Source of the DNA: Flaccisagitta enflata
Taxonomy: Eukaryota
NCBI GenBank assembly: GCA_965153355.1
Contig: OZ231126.1
Location: 8,184,001 to 8,248,000 of the forward strand
Length of the DNA: 64,000 bases
Direction of reading: 5' to 3'
Positions 57,346 to 64,000 of the stretch are shown one piece after another (within the stretch, counting starts at the first letter, position 1; each line of letters opens with the position of its first letter). The notes under the pieces were generated by a model. The model saw only the letters and a program-made list of their open reading frames with translations. It was not told the DNA's origin and searched no databases. The translations under genes were made by a program, and so were the position numbers.

Positions 57346-57598
57346 TTCACTAACCCCCCCCCTCCTCTTTCACCTTCCCATTCACCAATGGCCATTCTTC
57401 CTTTCAATTTCCCCCTCACCATCGATGAGCATTGGTCATTTCACAAACAAATGCGAGCTTCGAGTGATTTCGACTGCATGAGAATTCAAGTCTTTTTATG
57501 GTCCTGCTCATGAAGAACACATCAATTTGAGAGAAGTTGTTCATGACTCTTTGAAAAATACCTCAAATAAAGATCATTTTCACTTCTTAACATGTACA

Positions 57599-58146
57599 TT
57601 CTGGTCGCGGTCTTTCTGGTCGCAGTCTCTCTGGTCATGCTCTTTCTGGTCGCGGTCTTCCTGGTCTTTCTGGTCATGGTCTTTCCGGACATTCTGGTCA
57701 CAGTCTTTCTGGTCGCGGTCTTTCTGGTCGCGGTCTTTCTGGTCGCAGTCTTTCTGTTCACGATCTTTCTGGTTTTTCTGGTCGCTGTCTTTCTGGTCTT
57801 TCTGGTCACAATCTTTCTGGTCTTTCTGGTCACGGTCTTTCTGGTCGCAGTCTTTCTGGTCTCTATGGTCACGACCTTTCTGTTTTTTCTGGTCACAATC
57901 TTTCTGGTCTCTCTGGTCACGGTCTTTCTGGTGGCGGTTTTTCTGGTCTTTCTGGTCACGCTCTTACTGGACTTTCTTCTCATGATCTTTCTGGTCGCGG
58001 TCTTTCTGGTCTTTCTGGTCACGGTCTTTCTGGTCACGATCTTTCTGTTTTTTTCTGGTCGCGGTCTTTCTGGTTTTTCTGGTCGCGGTCTTTCTGGTCT
58101 TTCTGGTCTTTCTGGTCTTTCTGGTCTTTCTGGTCTTTCTGGTCAC
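57599..58146. repeat. 9/15-bp (TCTGGTCTT / TCTGGTCGCGGTCTT)n
   Basis: Direct reading. Confidence 0.9.
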
Positions 58147-58454
58147 TCTAGTCACTGTCTGTGCGCAACCGCGTTTGAGGTGTCATTGGTGGCGTGTGCG
58201 GTTGCGTGCAAAGAAGAGAGCAATTAACCCGGAGAGATTCCCATCATTTTTTTGTCGAGTCATAAAGCTTCATCCTTTTCGCTCTTCAAATTTCCATACA
58301 TCATCTTTTATCAGCGAGAAAAGATAGTGAGGAAGAGAAGGAGGAGAAGGAGGATGAGGAGGAGAAGGAAAAGCTGGAGGAAAACGGGAAGCTTCATTCT
58401 CTAAATATTCAAAAGTGGTTGTTGTCTGGTAGCAAGACGAGTAGGAGACATTTA

Positions 58455-58715
58455 GGGCGTGTTTCTAGTGAGCGCCAAAAACGCGTTTGTTCCCGTGGAA
58501 CAGTGTGAACATATATTCATGAATTTCAACTGTCCCACGAGGGAGTGAGCGAAGTGAGTGAGCGAGCCCGTGAACGGAGTGAGCGAGCGAAGCGAGCGTA
58601 GCGAAGCGGAGCGCTGCGGAGTGAGTGAGCGGAGTGAGCAGTGCGAGCAAACGAACGTAGCGAGCGACCGAGTGGCCCTTTCAAAACGCGATCGTCTTTG
58701 ACTAGAAACGCCCCC
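58455..58715 (+). mobile_element. Second full copy of the GAGC-core MITE
   Basis: gggcgtgtttctagtgagcgccaaaaacgcg ... gatcgtctttgactagaaacgccccc. Confidence 0.85.
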
Positions 58716-59174
58716 ATAAAGTTCTCTATCATCATCGTTTGTCTGTCTCTCTCTCTCTCTCAACATCATTCTCTCTCTCCCTCTGCTTTCGAGACATTCT
58801 GTCCTTATTCAATAAACCTCTTAGTTGGTCGTCTCTTTCTATCCGTCTCAGTCAGTCAGTTTTTCTGTCTACTTGGCTAACTGTCTCTGGCTGTCTCTCT
58901 GTTATTCCATCCTTTCATCCTTCTATCCTCTCTGTTATTCCATCTTTGTTGTCTAGAGTCTGTCTTTATGTCTGTCTGTCTGTCTTTCTTGTAATCATTT
59001 CAAGTTCCATTCCATTTATTGACGTCCACTTTTTTGCTTTCTTAGCTTTCTTCAAGTTTTCATTGTTTCACAATTTTTCCCTATTTTGCTTTTTTTTTTC
59101 CTTTGATCTTTTGCTACCTCTTTTTCTTTTCCCATTTTTACCATCTTTTTTCTTTTTCTTTTTCATTTTTTCCA

Positions 59175-59205
<31 letters not shown>

Positions 59206-59559
59206 TTTCTTCTTCTTCTTCTTCTTCTTCTTCTTCTTCTTCTTCTTCTTCTTCTTCTTCTTCTTCTTCTTCTTCTTCTTCTTCTTCTTCTTCATCTATT
59301 CTTCTTTTTCTTCTCTTTCTTCATCTTCTTCTTCTTCTTCTACTTCTTCTTCTTCTTCTTCTTCTTTTTCACCTTCTTCTTTTTCACCTTCTTCTTCTTC
59401 GTTTCCATAACGTTTCTCATGGAGCCATTTTCTCGGTTTCGTTCTTGTGCGAGTCGATTAAGCGAGCATGATATCGAAATCTTTAATCAGATTTCCAAAC
59501 CCATTTTGGCTTTTTTGTCCATCATCAACTCGGAATCAGAACTGGAGCTGGCAAATGGA

Positions 59560-60060
59560 TGTTGTAGAAACGGAGATGGAAATGGAATTTGGGGATGGAA
59601 ATGTTATGGGGAAAAGGAATATGGGGATGGAAATGGAATTCAAGAACAGGAACATTGAGGAGAAAATGATCAAGAAACGGGAATTTTGTGAGAAATATCA
59701 AGGAGGAGTAGGAATTTTTTGGTTGAAATGGATTAGGTATCGGTATTTTGCGGTTAAAATGGATCGGTACCGGAATTATGTGATTATAATGGATAAGGAA
59801 CAGGAATTTTGTGGTTGAAATGGATTCGGTACCGGAATTTTGTGATTGAAATGGACGAGGAGCAGGAATTGATTAGGCGCAAAAATTCTGTGGAATTTCA
59901 TAATCAAAATGGATTAGGCAAAGGAACTTCGTGGTTGAAATGGACGAGGAACAGGAATTTTGCAGGACAGATGGACAAGGAACACGGATTTTATGGTTGA
60001 AATTGATGAGGTACAGGAGTTTTGTGGTTAAAATGGAGATGGCGCATTAGGTACTGGAAC
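59560..60060. repeat. ~31-bp degenerate minisatellite (aaatggaY..ggaacaggaattttgtggttg)
   Basis: Direct reading. Confidence 0.8.
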
Positions 60061-60149
60061 AAAAAAGAAATTGACTTTCAAATTTGATCTGACTGTGACG
60101 TCAGCGTGTTTTTATGGTTAATGTGCAATGTTCGTGCGCTGATGCCTAA

Positions 60150-60292
60150 ATTGACTGTAGCCTGTTCTTCCTTAAACCAGGTGTGACTGTAGAGCCGAAT
60201 TTGACTGTAGCCTGTCCTTCTTTAAACCAGGTGTGACTGCAGAGTCTGATTTGACTGTAGTCTGTTCATTCTCATACCAGGCGTGACTGCAC
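60150..60292. repeat. 50-bp tandem repeat x3
   Basis: ttgactgtagcctgttcttccttaaaccaggtgtgactg. Confidence 0.85.
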
Positions 60293-60372
60293 TGTAGAAC
60301 GTCTAGTCAGGAAATTGCCTTTCTTTACTCAATCATTCGGAGAGAGTCGATTATTCATGCGAGAGATACGCC

Positions 60373-61365
60373 AATTGCAAACCATCTTATGGAGTGCTTT
60401 CACATTGTGTCTGATGGAACAACATCTTATGGAGTGCTTTTACATTGTATTTAATTGCAAACTATCATATTGAGTGCTTTTACACTATGTTTACCATACG
60501 ACTAAAAAAAAAGACGCACTTTTGGATGGCTAATTTTATCTATGAATCAAGTAAAAACCTAGTAAAATCTTAGGTCATCTGAAAGCCCTTCAAAAATACT
60601 GGTATTGCTATCTTTTTTCATTTAGGAATGGCATTAGTTTGAGTGAAAACGTTGCCCATTTCTGTTTTGCAATCACTATGCATTTAAGCAAATTAGTGTT
60701 TTCCTTTGCAAGGCTCTAGCTTCTAAACCGTTTGACATACGGAGCTGGGATTGGTCTAGATTGAAAGATTTTTTGGAAATCTTTCAAAATGACTTTTTTG
60801 AAAAAAGTTGAAATTAATTTTTATACCAGTTTTATCAACTTATAAACAGGTGCGTCTTTTTTTTTTTTTTGAGCCGAGTGGTAATTGCAAACCATCTTAT
60901 GGAGCGCTTTCACATTGTGTATGATTGCAAACCATCTTATGGAGTGCTTTCATATTGTGTCTGATTGGAAACTATCTTAAAAAGCGCTCTCACATTGTGT
61001 CTGATTGCAAACCGTCTTCTGGAGCGCTTTCACATTTCATCTGATTGCAAACCATCTTATGGAGTGCTTTCACATTGTGTTTACTTGAAAGCCATATTAT
61101 GGAGTGCTTTCACATTGTGTCCTATAGCAAACCATCTTATGGAGTGCTTTTACATTGTGTTTAGATGAAAATCGTCTTATGGAGTGCCTCTAAATTGTGT
61201 TCATAATCACATTATAAAGTGTGTTCACATTGTGTCCAATTGAGTTCCATCTTATCAAATATCCAGCTGCAAACTATCTTATAAAGTGCTTTCACATTGT
61301 GCTGAAATGCAAATCATCTAATATAGTGCGTTCACATTGTGTAAAAATAAAGTGCTTTCAAATCA
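60373..61365. repeat. 40-bp minisatellite interrupted by a MITE
   Basis: attgcaaaccatcttatggagtgctttcacattgtgtctg units on both sides of 60494-60881. Confidence 0.9.
60494..60881. mobile_element. TA-flanked MITE inserted in a minisatellite
   Basis: TA-CCATACGACTAAAAAAAAAGACGCAC ... GTGCGTCTTTTTTTTTTTTTTGAGCCGAGTGG-TA. Confidence 0.8.
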
Positions 61366-61551
61366 TGTTTAATAGATATTCATTTTATGAACTGGTTAAA
61401 CATTCTGTTCAATTGCAAATCCATATTTTTTTCCTTTCATGTGAACAAACTCTTTTCTTCCTTCTTTGCCAAATTCTAGCATTCTTCCCTTCGTTCTGCG
61501 TCAAGCGGAAGCCGTCGTTCGTCTAATCACTCTCTCTCTCTCTCGTTCTTC

Positions 61552-61930
<379 letters not shown>

Positions 61931-61983
61931 GCTCACCTGACGGTGCTTGAGGACGGGAAAATCTCGTTATTCAGATTTTTCTA

Positions 61984-63689
<1,706 letters not shown>

Positions 63690-63694
63690 TACCC

Positions 63695-63733
<39 letters not shown>

Positions 63734-64000
63734 CGAGAAATTACATACATAAAATACAAACACTAGCACGAACATGAACATACAAAAACATGGAGACAAA
63801 AGCTTATGACAAAGGTCGAAAATTAGCTAGAACACAAGCCCCCCCCAAAAAAAAGATTTGAAACCCATTAAATTCAAATAAGAACAAAGCTAAGTTTTCT
63901 TTTTTTAAACATTCATGATTACAAAGAGATCGCTTTTGGAAAGCTTTAAGCAGCTCTTTAAAAAGCTTTAAGCAACTCTTTGAAAGAGGGTCAATCTGGG

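Noticed and set aside
57522-58227. Overlapping TRK-rich (-) and hydrophobic FLV-rich (+) ORFs
   Set aside because: Repeat units of 9 and 15 bp keep several frames open on both strands; no splice or domain support.

Overview
Eukaryotic, almost certainly invertebrate animal, non-coding DNA. It is saturated with microsatellites ((AG)n, (AC)n, (AAAG)n, (AAC)n, (ATC)n, (AAG)n and others) and more than 20 distinct minisatellites. I recognise no protein-coding exon, rRNA, tRNA or CRISPR array, and the ORF track is essentially all repeat-derived. The window holds about 10 DINE-1/HINE-like (Helentron-associated) short elements in several subfamilies whose stems co-vary. It also holds four copies of a GGGCG-TIR MITE with a GAGC-rich core, four TA-flanked Tc1/mariner-type MITEs and a foldback-like 1.7-kb element. 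The most striking signal is three + strand CAG|GTAAG junctions (17949/50, 33732/33, 55515/16), 16-22 kb apart. Each follows a pyrimidine-rich zone with no AG for about 80-345 nt. This is the architecture of recursive-splicing ratchet points, suggesting the window lies inside one giant + strand intron removed stepwise (inference; needs RNA data).
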